From positions 20,150,001-20,214,000 of the forward strand of contig NC_092344.1 in the NCBI RefSeq assembly GCF_963676685.1: a DNA stretch of 64,000 nt, written 5' to 3'. Position 1 is the first letter of the stretch; the number at the start of each line of letters is the position of its first letter. Source of the stretch: Mytilus edulis (taxonomy: Eukaryota). Both the position numbers and the translations under genes were made by a program. The notes beneath the pieces are model-generated. The model saw nothing but the letters and a program-made list of their open reading frames with translations. It was not told the DNA's origin and did not search any database. Below, piece after piece: positions 39,509-51,680 of this stretch.

Positions 39509-40399
39509 TCAAAAATCATCAGCTGCTTTGATTATATCTGGGTATGCATAAGAAAATAATTTGTAATCCTGTCTATAAGTTTTCCAAAGTTTCCCTAGAT
39601 CAAGTTTTGATATATTGCTATAAAACTGTTCAAAGGTGTCTTTAGTTCTTTTCTTTTTATATGCAGCACCTCGTTTTGGAAATTGTATAAACGTATCAAT
39701 TCCTAAATCATGCATGATATAATCTATATCATCGTCAAGGGTTTCATATTTACCAACAAAATCATAATTTATTAAGCATGGTTGGCATAGAGATGAATAA
39801 AGATCCCAATGCTCATTTAAACCTTCTGTTTCTATAGTAACAGGATCTGTTATGTACCGTACAAATTCATCAAATTTAGCATTCTTTCCTAACTCTATAT
39901 CTTCTTGTTTTGGATTATTTCTGTACCTTCTAATAATTTTACGACCAAACCTTTTGTGGAAATATGGACTTTTTTCTGTGAATTTGTTTCTGTATGCTGA
40001 AAGGAGTCTTTCAAAAGGTTCCCTAACCATGATAATTTTCTTGTAATTTTGTAATTTAAACTGCACTTCCTCCTCTGTATAACTATCTAAATAAGTGAGA
40101 TACTTGTCGTAAGTTAAATGTACATCTGCAGCTTTTAATGCCATAGGATCCGTAGCATTCATTTTACCCGTTAATAATAAAAATACTCTCTTAAGATTTG
40201 TACATGCAACTTTTGGTATGTAGCAAAATAATACTTTGTAGCGGTCATCTACTATAATGTGAGATAAGGATTTCTTTGTAATGCTGTTCTGTACCAAACC
40301 TTTGCTTTTTAACTGTTCGCAGGAGGACAGTAGACTTTTGTAACGAAATTGACGGATTTCTGTCAGATTGACTAACTGATTATTTTGGTTGATGAATAT
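39509..40399 (-). CDS. CHST11: Carbohydrate sulfotransferase 11-like (Sulfotransfer_2 / HNK-1ST family), catalytic exon
   Basis: Acceptor TTTATTTCAG| at 40400/40399, phase 0, frame open to TGA at 39509. Motifs: 5'-PSB CYIPKVACTNLKR, 3'-PB VREPFERLLSAYRNKF, NEHW and CQPCLINYDFVGKYETL. The exact paralogue assignment is uncertain. Confidence 0.9.
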   Translation of the reverse strand: MFINQNNQLVNLTEIRQFRYKSLLSSCEQLKSKGLVQNSITKKSLSHIIVDDRYKVLFCYIPKVACTNLKRVFLLLTGKMNATDPMALKAADVHLTYDKYLTYLDSYTEEEVQFKLQNYKKIIMVREPFERLLSAYRNKFTEKSPYFHKRFGRKIIRRYRNNPKQEDIELGKNAKFDEFVRYITDPVTIETEGLNEHWDLYSSLCQPCLINYDFVGKYETLDDDIDYIMHDLGIDTFIQFPKRGAAYKKKRTKDTFEQFYSNISKLDLGKLWKTYRQDYKLFSYAYPDIIKAADDF

Positions 40400-40604
40400 C
40401 TGAAATAAAACAAATTTACATCAAAAAGTGTTAAACGAAACAAAGACAGTTTTCTCAGCATATTTTACAAGATTTTTTACAGTACACCATGAAGATTTAT
40501 TAATTAGTATAAACGAAAAGAATATTCAAAATACAGAAGCAATTCAAGAAATTCAGGTTATGCCCACTCTGGTCACAATAAACATTCTGATGAAATAATA
40601 AATA

Positions 40605-40811
40605 CTGTAAATTCAGAAATTATTGCGTGCATTTATTATTGTGATTTTGTAATTTTAGACTTAAATGCGATTTTAATTTTTACGAGTTTTGAGAAAAATC
40701 CTGTTTAATTCATATAAAATATTTCAAAATGCACGTTTAAATTATTGCGTTTACAACTCTGTCCCATTTTTCACAATAATAAAAACCTCACAATAATTTC
40801 TGAATTTACAG
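40605..40811. mobile_element. MITE with 21-bp TIRs
   Basis: CTGTAAATTCAGAAATTATTG ... CAATAATTTCTGAATTTACAG. Confidence 0.85.
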
Positions 40812-41011
40812 GAGATGCGACAAAATATTCTTTCAAGACTTCACTTTTTTAAAAAGAATATAGCCAAGATTTAATCATAAAAAATTTTGTTTCCAACTTA
40901 TTTGATTATAAACAATTACAAGTATGAAAATCATGATAAGAAGCATATCAAAAGTAGGTGAGCTGCTTTGTGCATTATATGTTTCAAAATTTGATTTCTG
41001 CAGTTTCTTAA

Positions 41012-43063
41012 TGCCCGCGTCACACTGTCCCGATTTTTATATACGATGGACACCCGAATGCGAAAATTGTAAGTTCGTACGAAGTTGGTCCCGATCTCGT
41101 TAAAATACCAAAAAGTGACCGAAGCAAGTACGATGAATAACGAAGTCTATACGATGGTGCCGAAATTATATACGATAGCAAAAGATGGACATACGAAGGT
41201 TAACCGAAGGCGGGTATTAAAGCTTCATATCTCAGCCGAAACCTACACGATGGATCACGAAGGCTACACGATGGATTACGAAGGCTACACGATGGATTAC
41301 GATGATGGCGCGATGGCCATACGATGTCTAAAAGATACGAACAGAGTTTCGACAACATATCGTTTCTGTACAAGTCTGCCATGCATGGCGGGAAATCGAT
41401 CTTTTTGTCTAATTCGTATAAAACTTAGTTTATTATCCCCTCGCCTACTACATGTAAGTTACGTGTAGATAAAATTGTTATGGACACTCTAGAACCAAAA
41501 TCCTCAAAACTTGGTATGGTGTTACTCGTTAAGAATATCTAAAGCGCTACTGACTTTAAAGTTCAAAGGTCAAGGTCACAGTGGCAGTTGTAATACAAGG
41601 CAATATCACCCTTGTGGACACTCTTAAACCAATATGCTTCAAAAGATTTTAACCACATTTGGTATATTGTTCCTCTTTGTAATGATCTGACATTTTTTAC
41701 GTTCAAGGCCAAAGGTCAAGGTCATGCAGATTGACTTGTTTTTTCTCCTTGAAATAGCATATTTACACAGGAAATTGGTTGCTCATTTTTTTACCTGCTG
41801 GTTCTAAAGACAATATTAAAGGTATTTACAGTTACTGAATGTTTTGGTTGATTTCTAAAAAAAATTGTTTATGTATCAAATATGCATATATTCAATTTAC
41901 CATTTTCTGCATGTGTCATATACAAATATAGTGTCCATTTTTGTCCCCAATATGTTACATACGAGGGGATGCCAGGTTCGGCATTGCCTTGTTTGAACTG
42001 TAAAATGAGTTCACTAGTCTGAATAATCACCCATAATTATGCCCATGTTTACTGGTCTATCTTAAAGGTAAGGTAATGGGTTCGTTGGTCCCTTTTACTC
42101 AAAAAGAGCTCTTTCCAGGAGAATATCATAATAATATAGACAAAAGGAAGGATGTGGGGAAAGCAACAAATGCGGCAAAATATGACATATAAAAAACAAA
42201 ATGGAGTAAACATTCGTGTGACAACAACTCAGACAATACATAAAAAATCAGAATAATGAAGAAAAAGTTGGTTTCCCTATATACGTGTACCTGCAGTGTT
42301 GGTGTACGAGGCGCGTTTATGATTTTCATTATGTTACTTGATATAAAAAATTGACAAAAAATAATATTTTACTTGTAAAAGTAAATCCTGAGCCTGTAAT
42401 AGCTGCTCTTTGCATTTGAATTAATAGAAACAACACTGTCGCCTTTCTTGTTCTCATAGAATCATATGATATTAGCTCCATGTTTTGTGAACGTCTTTTT
42501 TAACTGTCGTATTAGACTGACCAGTGCATATCGCGCATGGCACTTTAAATGTATTTTAGCGCGAAAATTAACTTACATTTAGCTGGATTTATTATCGTCG
42601 TAGTTCCATCTTGTCGCCTTCGTACTTTTATTCGATGGCAACACGACGGGATTACGAGGTCTTCACGAAGTCGTGTTGCCATCGTAAGACCTTCGGGTAT
42701 CTTCGTGATTCATTCGTGTAGACATCGTAATGTCAAAACTGCCCGATGGAAACGATGGAAACACGAATGCAATACGATGTGCAAAGATGCATTCCCGGTG
42801 ACATTACGATGGTGAGGATGGTGATACGAACTCAATACGAACCCTCAACATCGGACGCACCTTCGGGGATTTTTTAACATGTTAAAAAATTTAGAACCCT
42901 TCCCGAAGTTGTCCCCGAAGCCTAGAAAAAGTGGCCGATGGTTCTACGATGGTTAAAGATGGCACTACGAATAGTCCGATCTGGATACGATCAGTCCCGA
43001 TTTTGAAAATTTCCATTATCGTGTTGCCATCGGCGTAAAAATCGGGACAGTGTGACGCGGGCA
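41012..43063. mobile_element. Non-autonomous PIF/Harbinger-like element with a nested HINE-like insertion (~41468-41995)
   Basis: Perfect TIRs TGCCCGCGTCACACTGTCCCGATTTTTA / TAAAAATCGGGACAGTGTGACGCGGGCA, TAA and TTA flanks, ACGATGG-rich subterminal regions, and no transposase. Confidence 0.85.
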
Positions 43064-43261
43064 TTACAGAGTCCCTTATAATTGCAATATAGATCATGAT
43101 GGATAAAGTACTCCCATTTCTCTTGTGATAATTATAATAATATACAGCATATAATCATCCCCTATCATGTTAGTAACATAAATCTGGAACAAAATCCTAC
43201 CAGGCTTATCTGTAAAATGAAGGAAAATAATAACAGTTTGTATAGCAATGTATTTTCTCAC

Positions 43262-43311
43262 CTTATCAGCACTTTTGGTCTGGACTTCATTTGGGATCAG
43301 TCTTAATTTTA
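43262..43311 (-). CDS. CHST11: CHST11-like 50-nt stem exon
   Basis: TTATTTTTGCAG|TA AAA TTA AGA...GAT AAG|GTGAG. Reads (V)KLRLIPNEVQTKSADK and bridges the phase-1 donor of the first coding exon to the phase-0 acceptor of the catalytic exon. Confidence 0.72.
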
Positions 43312-44290
43312 CTGCAAAAATAACAAATTTATGTTATTTCTATTTCTGTCAAAACTGTGAATATACTTTTGAAATGTCAATCCTTGGCTTAATAATTCTG
43401 TGGTTACATTACTTATTTGGCTAAAAATAGTTTCAAATGAACGACTGCAAAATCCATAAAAGTTGGCCAGGGTCATCGATGAGTGAAACATAAAATGCTA
43501 TTACAATATATATAAATCTTTCAATTTTCTAACTTCTTGGGAAATAAGCAAATTAGAACTAGTTATACTGATTACTTCTTCATATTTTCATTTTTTATTG
43601 ACACTTTTGCTTCTATGATTTCCAGCATATAATGCTGCATATTGACCTCTTTTTTCAAAAACAAACCAGTTACCTTCTAACAAATGTTATGTTTTTAGAT
43701 CAACAATAAATGAAACAAATCTACATACATGTAGCACAAACACTCACAGTATATATAAATCATCAAAGTGCTTGTGAGCACTGGCATGGCAAGCGAAGAT
43801 TGTTTTCATTTTACAAAATTGAATTGAATTAAGCAATTTTCCCCATTTAGAAAAATTATATTATTTTAATTGGAGTTATCTTCCTTTATTCATTATTGAA
43901 CATTTATGATCACTTATAGTTGAACCTTTTTCTATAACATAGAAATACAGTATGTACAACTTATGTTATTCATATTAAAATCGTTTTCTAGTACGATTTC
44001 TCAAGATTGATTGATTGGAGTTTAATGCCTCTTTCAGCACTATTTTGTGGCGGTAAGTTTTTATTGTTGGAGGAAGCCAGAGTGTTCAGAGAGAACCATT
44101 GAATTCACAAGAAAATCTAACACTCCTAGTAAAATAAGATTGGATCCGAGAGCATCTGCCACATGCTTGATTTGGACTCACAACCTGAGTGTTGAAAGGC
44201 TAGTGACACAGTTGTTTGACTTCTTAGACTACTCAGTCACAGAGGACCTTAACATCAAATACACATCATTTTGTAACTTGAATATCTGAG

Positions 44291-44562
44291 TAAAATTGAG
44301 AATGGAAATGGGGAATGTGTCAAAGAGACAACAACCCGACCAAATAAAAAACAACAGCAGAGGGTCACCAACAGGTCTTCAATGTAGCGAGAAATTCCCG
44401 CACCCGGAGGCGTCCTTCAGCTGGCCCCTAAACAAATATATACTAGTCCATTGATAATGAACGCCATACTTATTTCCAAATTGTACACAAGAAACTAAAA
44501 TTAAAATAATACAAGACTAACAAAGGCCAGAGGCTCCTGACTTGGGACAGGCGCAAAAATGC
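44291..44562 (-). mobile_element. Family-A 3' tail (young copy)
   Basis: Nearly identical to 62321-62592. Smaller copies lie at 36768-36807, 47221-47340 and 57085-57186 (+). Confidence 0.9.
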
Positions 44563-46483
44563 TAATGGCTGAATTGCATCTAAAGAATCTTCACCTTGGA
44601 AATAGATATTAAGTCAGTACCAAACATAGAACAAGAGCTGCTTACCATGACAAGCACCTGATGAATCCACAGTTTTTGGTAGGCTTTGTCATACCTGCCA
44701 GCTTTTCAGGCGATTTTAAGCTCAAGAGGACCTACTTCTCCTACTAAGTGTGTTTAAACAATTACTACATAGTTTGAATGAATAAGTATATGCTTATATA
44801 CCTTTTTAACACATTGCAGTGCCTGTTTTTCTGTGTTTATTTTATATAAATTAAAATTTCAAAATTCGTCAACACCTCTCATTGAGGAAATCCCCATACA
44901 TCATGTAAGTTATATTTACAGGTCTGCTTCAAGTTGCTCAATCTCTAGTTTCCATTATAACATTTTATGAACTGTTAATTGTCTGTTTATCTGTATTTGT
45001 TATCTTAAAAAAATCTTTTGATCTGTTTTTCTATTATTCATTCTGATGATTTTATTTTTGGTCTTTTAACATTTTATTGACCATTTTGTATTGACTCCCT
45101 ATTTCCTAAAAATAAACTTGACCTTGACTTGCACGTTCAGTTGCATTATGGGTAATTTGAGCATATCAAGCATCACAGTTTTTGTAGATAAAAACATCAT
45201 ATTTCATAAAATTTATGAAAGATCAATTTTCCATGCTATATTTTATACATATCTTAAATATTTGTCCTTTAAATTATTCAAATTATATATTCGCATTCCT
45301 ACCTAAATCAATCATTTAAGCCATATGTTAAATTTCAGTTTAATTCATGGTAATCAATCTATGCAAAAAATATCTGTAAATATATGATGCATGCAAAGCA
45401 CCACCAATTAAAGTAACTTTGTTAATAAATATATTGTTTTAAATAAAAACTATAATAACAATAATATAATCTATGATCTCCATTTTTGAAAACATAAGGA
45501 GATGTGGTATGATTACCAATGAGCATCTATCCACCACCACAAAGTTCAAACGAAATGAATGTAAATTCAAAATTTAAGATATAGAAAATATGTAATAATA
45601 AAAACTTTAAGTAGACAGCTCTATCACAAGCAAAAAACTTATAACTTTAAAATATAATGGCATACATGTATCCAAGCACGGAGACACATTCTGCAGCATC
45701 TACACAGCACGAGCAACAAACCCTGCAGTCAATGTATATGTACTTATTCATTATCATTTTTTGAGGTTATATACTTTAACAACTTATAACTGTGTTTTTT
45801 AAAATATTCAAAGTAACTATTGTAAACCTTTTGTGTGCATATCAATATCTGGTTATTTACAATGTGTATACGGAGTAGTAAGTAAATCAAAATATTGATT
45901 TGCTGATCACAGATACCCCTGGCATGCTTGTAGAAAAAAATCTTAAACAGTAAATTCCAAAACCAAAGTTCAAAATTGACCTGCCTTTTTTTTTATAATG
46001 GTTCATAACTTTGTCTTAAAATCTAAAATACAATTGTTGTCAAATGGTTAATTACCAACTGGAAAACAAACAAAACTTTTTAAATACATTTTAACAGCAT
46101 ACTAGAAATGTACTCTGGAATGGTAAATGTATAAGCATCACAATTTAATATAACATGACCTATATGTTATGATTCATGCAATTTTATTAAAATTTTAATA
46201 TTTGGAAAATTGTTTTTATAATCATTGTGAATGTGAATTACATTGTATCACAGGAAAACAAACTGGTGATTGACAGAAGAAAGGATGAAAATGTACATCC
46301 CTATATACATGTATCCTTATCTTCTTTGAGGTGGGCATACAAATTTAAATATACATTACGTTCATTAAAAAAATAAATTTCATAATTTTCATAAAATCAT
46401 TGCAGAAAGATGAAGTAACAAACCTTTAGACACAGGAACAGATACCACTGATTATAGGACTATAACAATGGAAGGAAACAAAC

Positions 46484-46595
46484 CTTTCGACACAGGAACA
46501 GATACCACTGAGTATAGGACTATAACAATGGATGGAAATAACAAAATGGCCACCAGACTCCCGTACCATCGTCTTAACTTCATCATCCGCCACAT
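46484..46595 (-). CDS. CHST11: CHST11-like first coding exon (type II signal anchor)
   Basis: TTTTATAG|ATG start. MWRMMKLRRWYGSLVAILLFPSIVIVLYSVVSVPVSK is a basic tail plus a hydrophobic helix. Donor AAAG|GTTTGT. The joined protein is 350 aa. Confidence 0.78.
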
Positions 46596-47737
46596 CTATA
46601 AAATACAAATTCTGCAAGTCTTATAACATTAAATATTATCTGTAAATTGCAGGAAAAAATAATGCAGCCACAAAGAAACTTTCTACAAAGCACATGTTAT
46701 AAACTTATATATGCCAAATATGGCCATTGGAAGACATGGAATTGCTACCATTAACAAAAAGTCTCCCCTCCATTGGCATATAATTAAATATTTCACTTTG
46801 CTTTAAAAAAAAATTCCGTCAGATCCCATAATTAAAGTGCTTGTATTACATGTATTAAAGCACTGAAAGGTAAAGATTGCTTTCAGATTCTAGTGAACCA
46901 TAACACATACATTTGTTAGTAAAGTAGATATTGCATTTATATATAAACATTTTCTTATGTTAAAATTTTCATTTCTTGACAGTAACAGTAAAATTATCGA
47001 TCATCATTGAAATTGTTAAAAGTAAAAAAATTAATTGTACGCAATTTTACCTGGCCAAGTTTATGACCCAAAGCTAATCAACGGTTACAACAGGTGTCAT
47101 AATCTGTTGAATGCTTCAATGAGCAACTTCGGAGACCACAGCTGTAAACAGAAACCACCTGTTTTTTTAATTGCACTTGTAAATTTTTGTAAATACTGAT
47201 GACGAGCACAGCAGAATCTGCCTTCTGGTGCGGGAGTTTCTCGCTACATTGAAGACCAATTCGTGGCCTTCACCTGTTGTCTGCTCTATGGTCAGGTTGT
47301 TGTCACTTTGACACATTCCCCATTTCCATTCTCAATTTTATGTAGATGTAAAAGTGGTTCTGCATTACCTGACCTTATCACAAACTTACTTTGATCTGTA
47401 ACGTATGCAAATTTTCTACAGTCAATTTCAGAACTATTAGTTTTATAAATGTAAACGGACAATTAATTATAAATCTACATGTATGGATAGGATGTATGTG
47501 ATTATGCTAAATCCAACTGCTTCATGTACATGTATGCTAAGCTGACCTCAACTCAAACTTTAACAAAATATGTTTCCAAATGCTGCAGCCAAAAACAGCA
47601 GCTACTTCAAGAGCAGACACAAATGATTACATTTGAAAGCTCATTTAGGTAGCACCTGTCTTTTGTAATATTTAAGTAGATGAACTGTACATCGTAACAT
47701 GTATGTATAGCAGTGGCAGATCCAAACATTTTCATAA

Positions 47738-47969
47738 GGCAGCAACCATTTGATTTTCTGGGGGGGGCTATGGTTTTTTTTTCTGGACAAATTTTTTTTT
47801 TCGCGACAAGTCGAAAACAATTTTTTTCTTTCAATTTTAACATAACATATAGTGGCAGCTGAGGATAAAACAAATTATTTTTTTCTCCAAAAACTGGAAA
47901 CAAACTTTTTTTTCCAAAAAAAACCATAGCCCCCCCCCCCCCCCCCCAGAAAATCAAATGGTTGCTGCC
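47738..47969. mobile_element. PIF/Harbinger-type MITE nested in an older small element (~47711-48106)
   Basis: TIRs GGCAGCAACCATTTGATTTTCTGGGG / CCCCAGAAAATCAAATGGTTGCTGCC, with TAA duplication at 47735-47737 and 47970-47972. Confidence 0.9.
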
Positions 47970-48360
47970 TAAGAGGCGACCACTGACTGCCAAAGAGAGG
48001 GGCCATTCTAGTCATGCTTCAGTGATTTCCTATATGATCAACCAAATGTTATCACAAAAGCCTTAGGGGAGGTGCAAGCTAGGCCTTTCTCTAAATCCAC
48101 CTCTATATAATCTTTTTTTTACATGATAAGATCAACATGGTCAAGGAACACCATAAACACAGTAGATGTCTTCTACTTTTTGTTTTCTACAGATAAAGTT
48201 CTGATGTTGAACTTCCAAACTTTTTTACTCCTTCAAAATTGATTTGTTTTTGTTTTATGCATAAAAGTTAAAACTGTTCAAAGTTAAAACAGTACAGTAC
48301 ATGTATAAACATGATCATAAAGTACGGGATGACAGTAGTCAGTACATGTATGTATAAAGT

Positions 48361-51216
48361 GGGTTACACTAATGACTGGACCGAATGACAGGACCGAATG
48401 ACAGGACCAAATGAAAAATGCTAATAACTTTTTCATTTCTCAAAGGATTGATCTCAAATTTGAAATATAATAAGATTTCATCTTTTGATAATTAAATTTA
48501 AGAAGAAAAAAATAAAAAAAATTGTAAGAAACTTTAGAAAACGTGACATGACCAACTCTGATAATGACAGGACCAACATCGAGAATGACAGGACCAGATA
48601 AAAATGCTAATAACTTTTTTATTTTTCAAAGGAATTATCTCAGATTTGAAATATAAAATGATATGTCATATTTTGAAACCAAAATGTTATAAAAAATATA
48701 GATTTATTTTCAAAAACTTTCGAAAACGTGACATGACCATCGCTGACTGACATGACCAACCTCGACAATGACAGGACCAGATGAAATTGCTAATTTCTCT
48801 TTCATTTCTCAAATTTTTTTTCTGATATTTGAAATATAATAAGATTTTATCATTTGATAAATAGATTTAAGAAAAAAATTAAAGAAATATGTAAGAAACT
48901 TTAGAAAACGTGACATGACCAACTCTGATAATGACAGGACCAACTTCGACAATGACAGGACCAAATGAAAATGCTAATAACTTTTTTATTTTTCAAAAGA
49001 ATTATCTCAGATTTGAAACATAAAAGGATATGTCACATTTTGAAACATTTATGTTATAAAAAATATAGATTTATTTTCAAAAACTTTCAAAAACGTGACA
49101 TGACCATCGCTGATTGACATGACCAACCTCGACAATGACAGGACCAGATGAAATTGCTAATTGCTCTTTTATTTCTCAAAATATTTTTCTGAAATTTGAA
49201 ATATAATAAGATTTTATCATTTGATTAATAGATTTAAGAAATAAAAAGAAAAAAATTGTAATAAACATTAGAAAACGTGACATGACCAACTCTGATAATG
49301 ACAGGACCAACTTCGACAATGACAGGACAAAATAAAAATGCTAATAACTTTTTTTTTATTTTTCAAAGGAATTCTCTCAGATTTGAAATATAAAATGATA
49401 TGCCATATTTTGAAACATAAATGTTATAAAAAATATAGAAAGTTTAAACGTGACATGACCATCGCTGTCTGACATGGCCAACCTCGACAATGACAGGACC
49501 AGATGAAATTGCTAATTACTTTTTATTTCTAAAAAATATATCTTATATATGTTATATCTATCATTGTAATATCTTCTCTGCAACTATAGGTAGGACAGAA
49601 AGTCACAGGACAAAAAGTCACAGACAAAAAGTCACAGACAAAAAGTCACGGACAAAAAGTCACAGGACAAGAAGTCACAATTCATTTTAAATTTCTGAAT
49701 ATTTTCTTTGAATAAAAAACACTTATTTCTACAAGAATAGTTTTGTATTTTTTTTTTAACTATTGTATATAAACCAACATTGTTAGCAAAATTTATCCAA
49801 AAAATATCAAAGATGATCAAGTAATTGTTAAAAAAAACAAAATGTCAACGTGGCTTTGCACTTAAATGGCTTCATGGTGTCAAGAAATATACCCTTTGCA
49901 TGATTAAAATTAAATAAATCTTCATTTTTGATGTATAATGACACATTTCCTACACTTTAATATGAATATATGTATTAAAAAGTAAATATTTCAAGATATT
50001 TTTCTTATATATTCAAATAATTGTCAACAGATTATTTGTGACATTATAAATAAACATTTCTTGAAGTATGCCCGACCCTTGGCTGCATGCATGATTTCTG
50101 GGTAGTTTTAAATATTTTCATAAAATATACTGAAGCAACCATTTTCACGGACTACTTTAAAAGGTTTGATACCTTTCCAAAGTGGCTTAAATTGGGCTTC
50201 ATGATGTCAAGAAATATTATGATGATAATTCAATAAATCTTAATTTATTTATAGTTTAATGAACTATCTCTTAAACTATAAAATGATTATATGTAATAAC
50301 ATATAAATATTTCAAGATCTCTTTCTTAAATATAGTGATCATTCGCGTCTTTTTATTCTGTGATTCTGCATGTCCTGTGACTCTCCGCCAACATACGTTT
50401 AGTAGCTAGGTCAAGATTTTAAACCACCATATAATATATTTTCCTGAATTTATAAGATATATCTTACTAATTATGGATCAGAGTTGAACAATTTCAGTAA
50501 AATAAAAAAGAAATTATGATTTTTCATCGGCCAGATCATAGTCGATGTTAGTCAGGTCACACAACCGCAAGCTTTCAATACGTTTTTTTTTTCTATATTT
50601 TTCTTATATGATGTGCGAAATGGTCTAAATTGTCATTATTTCAAATTTGAGAGGATTATTCTAACAAATGTTATGCATAAATATCATTTTTATTTGGTCC
50701 TGTCATTAATTGTCGAGGATTGTCCTGTCATTGACAACGTTAACCAGGTCACATTTCAGCAAGCTTTTTATACCTTTTTCTTGAAATAAAAGAGTAATTA
50801 GCAATTTTATCTGGTCCTATCATTGTCTAGGTTGGTCATGTCAGTCAGCGATGGTCATGTCACGTTTTTGAAAGTTTTTGAAAATAAATCTATATTTTTT
50901 ATAACATAAATGTTTCAAAATGTGACATATCATTTTATGTTTCAAATCTGAGACAATTCCTTTGAAAAATAAAAAAGTTATTAGCATTTTTATTTGGTCC
51001 TGTCATTCTCGATGTTGGTCCTGTCATTATCAGAGTTGGTCATGTCACGTTTTCTAAAGTTTCTTACAAATTTTTTTCTTTTTTTTCCTTAAATCTATTT
51101 ATCAAAAGATGAAATCTTATTATATTTCAAATTTGAGACCAATCCTTTGAGAAAAGAAAAAGTTATTAGCATTTTTCATTTGGTCCTGTCATTCGGTCCA
51201 GTCATTAGTGTAACCC
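48361..51216. mobile_element. Foldback/Mutator-like non-autonomous transposon with modular long inverted arms
   Basis: Termini GGGTTACACTAATGACTGGACCGAATGACAGGACC and its reverse complement. A 9-bp TSD GTATAAAGT lies at 48352-48360 and 51217-51225. The arms are built from ~185/182-bp subunits. Confidence 0.92.
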
Positions 51217-51429
51217 GTATAAAGTGTTAAAAACATTGAGTCATAAATAATAAAGTAGTGAGTGAAAAAAAAGCAAGTGAATTTTTTAAAATTTGCATTT
51301 ATTGCGCATCCACTGTACTCGGGTCAACATTTTCATAGTAATCTCGTAAACTGGTAAAGGTGGTCAAAATACAAATAGTTCTGATTCATTTTATCTGTAC
51401 AGACTGCACTGTCTCTAGAAATATCGTCT

Positions 51430-51680
51430 TGGTACCTGTTTTGACGCGGACCAGAAATGACGCACCAATTTAGTTTTGGGTTTTATATTTCTAAACAAAA
51501 GCTGTGACGTCATCGATAATTACTATTCATAACATGATGGTGAAGGTCATATGACTACAACATAGATGCCTCAAACTCTGTCCAGAAATGTTATTATTGC
51601 TTGAATTAGTAAAGATAATGCAATTTCCGCCATTTTATTAAGGTCAAAAACAGTCTACCCTTCCCAGAATGATTATCAGT
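51430..51680 (-). promoter_or_regulatory. Probable promoter and 5' non-coding exon of the CHST11-like gene
   Basis: ZNF143/Staf-like CTACCCTTCCCAGAATG at 51655-51671, YY1 AAAATGGCGG (minus strand) at 51636-51627, full CRE TGACGTCA at 51505-51512, and candidate donor CAG|GTACC at 51436/51435. Confidence 0.45.

Noticed and set aside
41085-41468. 127-aa ORF inside the Harbinger-like element as a transposase
   Set aside because: It is a translation of subterminal ACGATGG repeats with no DDE or Myb-like motifs.
46426-46617. ORF-track frame MQNLYF... as the CHST first exon
   Set aside because: Wrong frame; the signal-anchor frame starts at the ATG at 46595.
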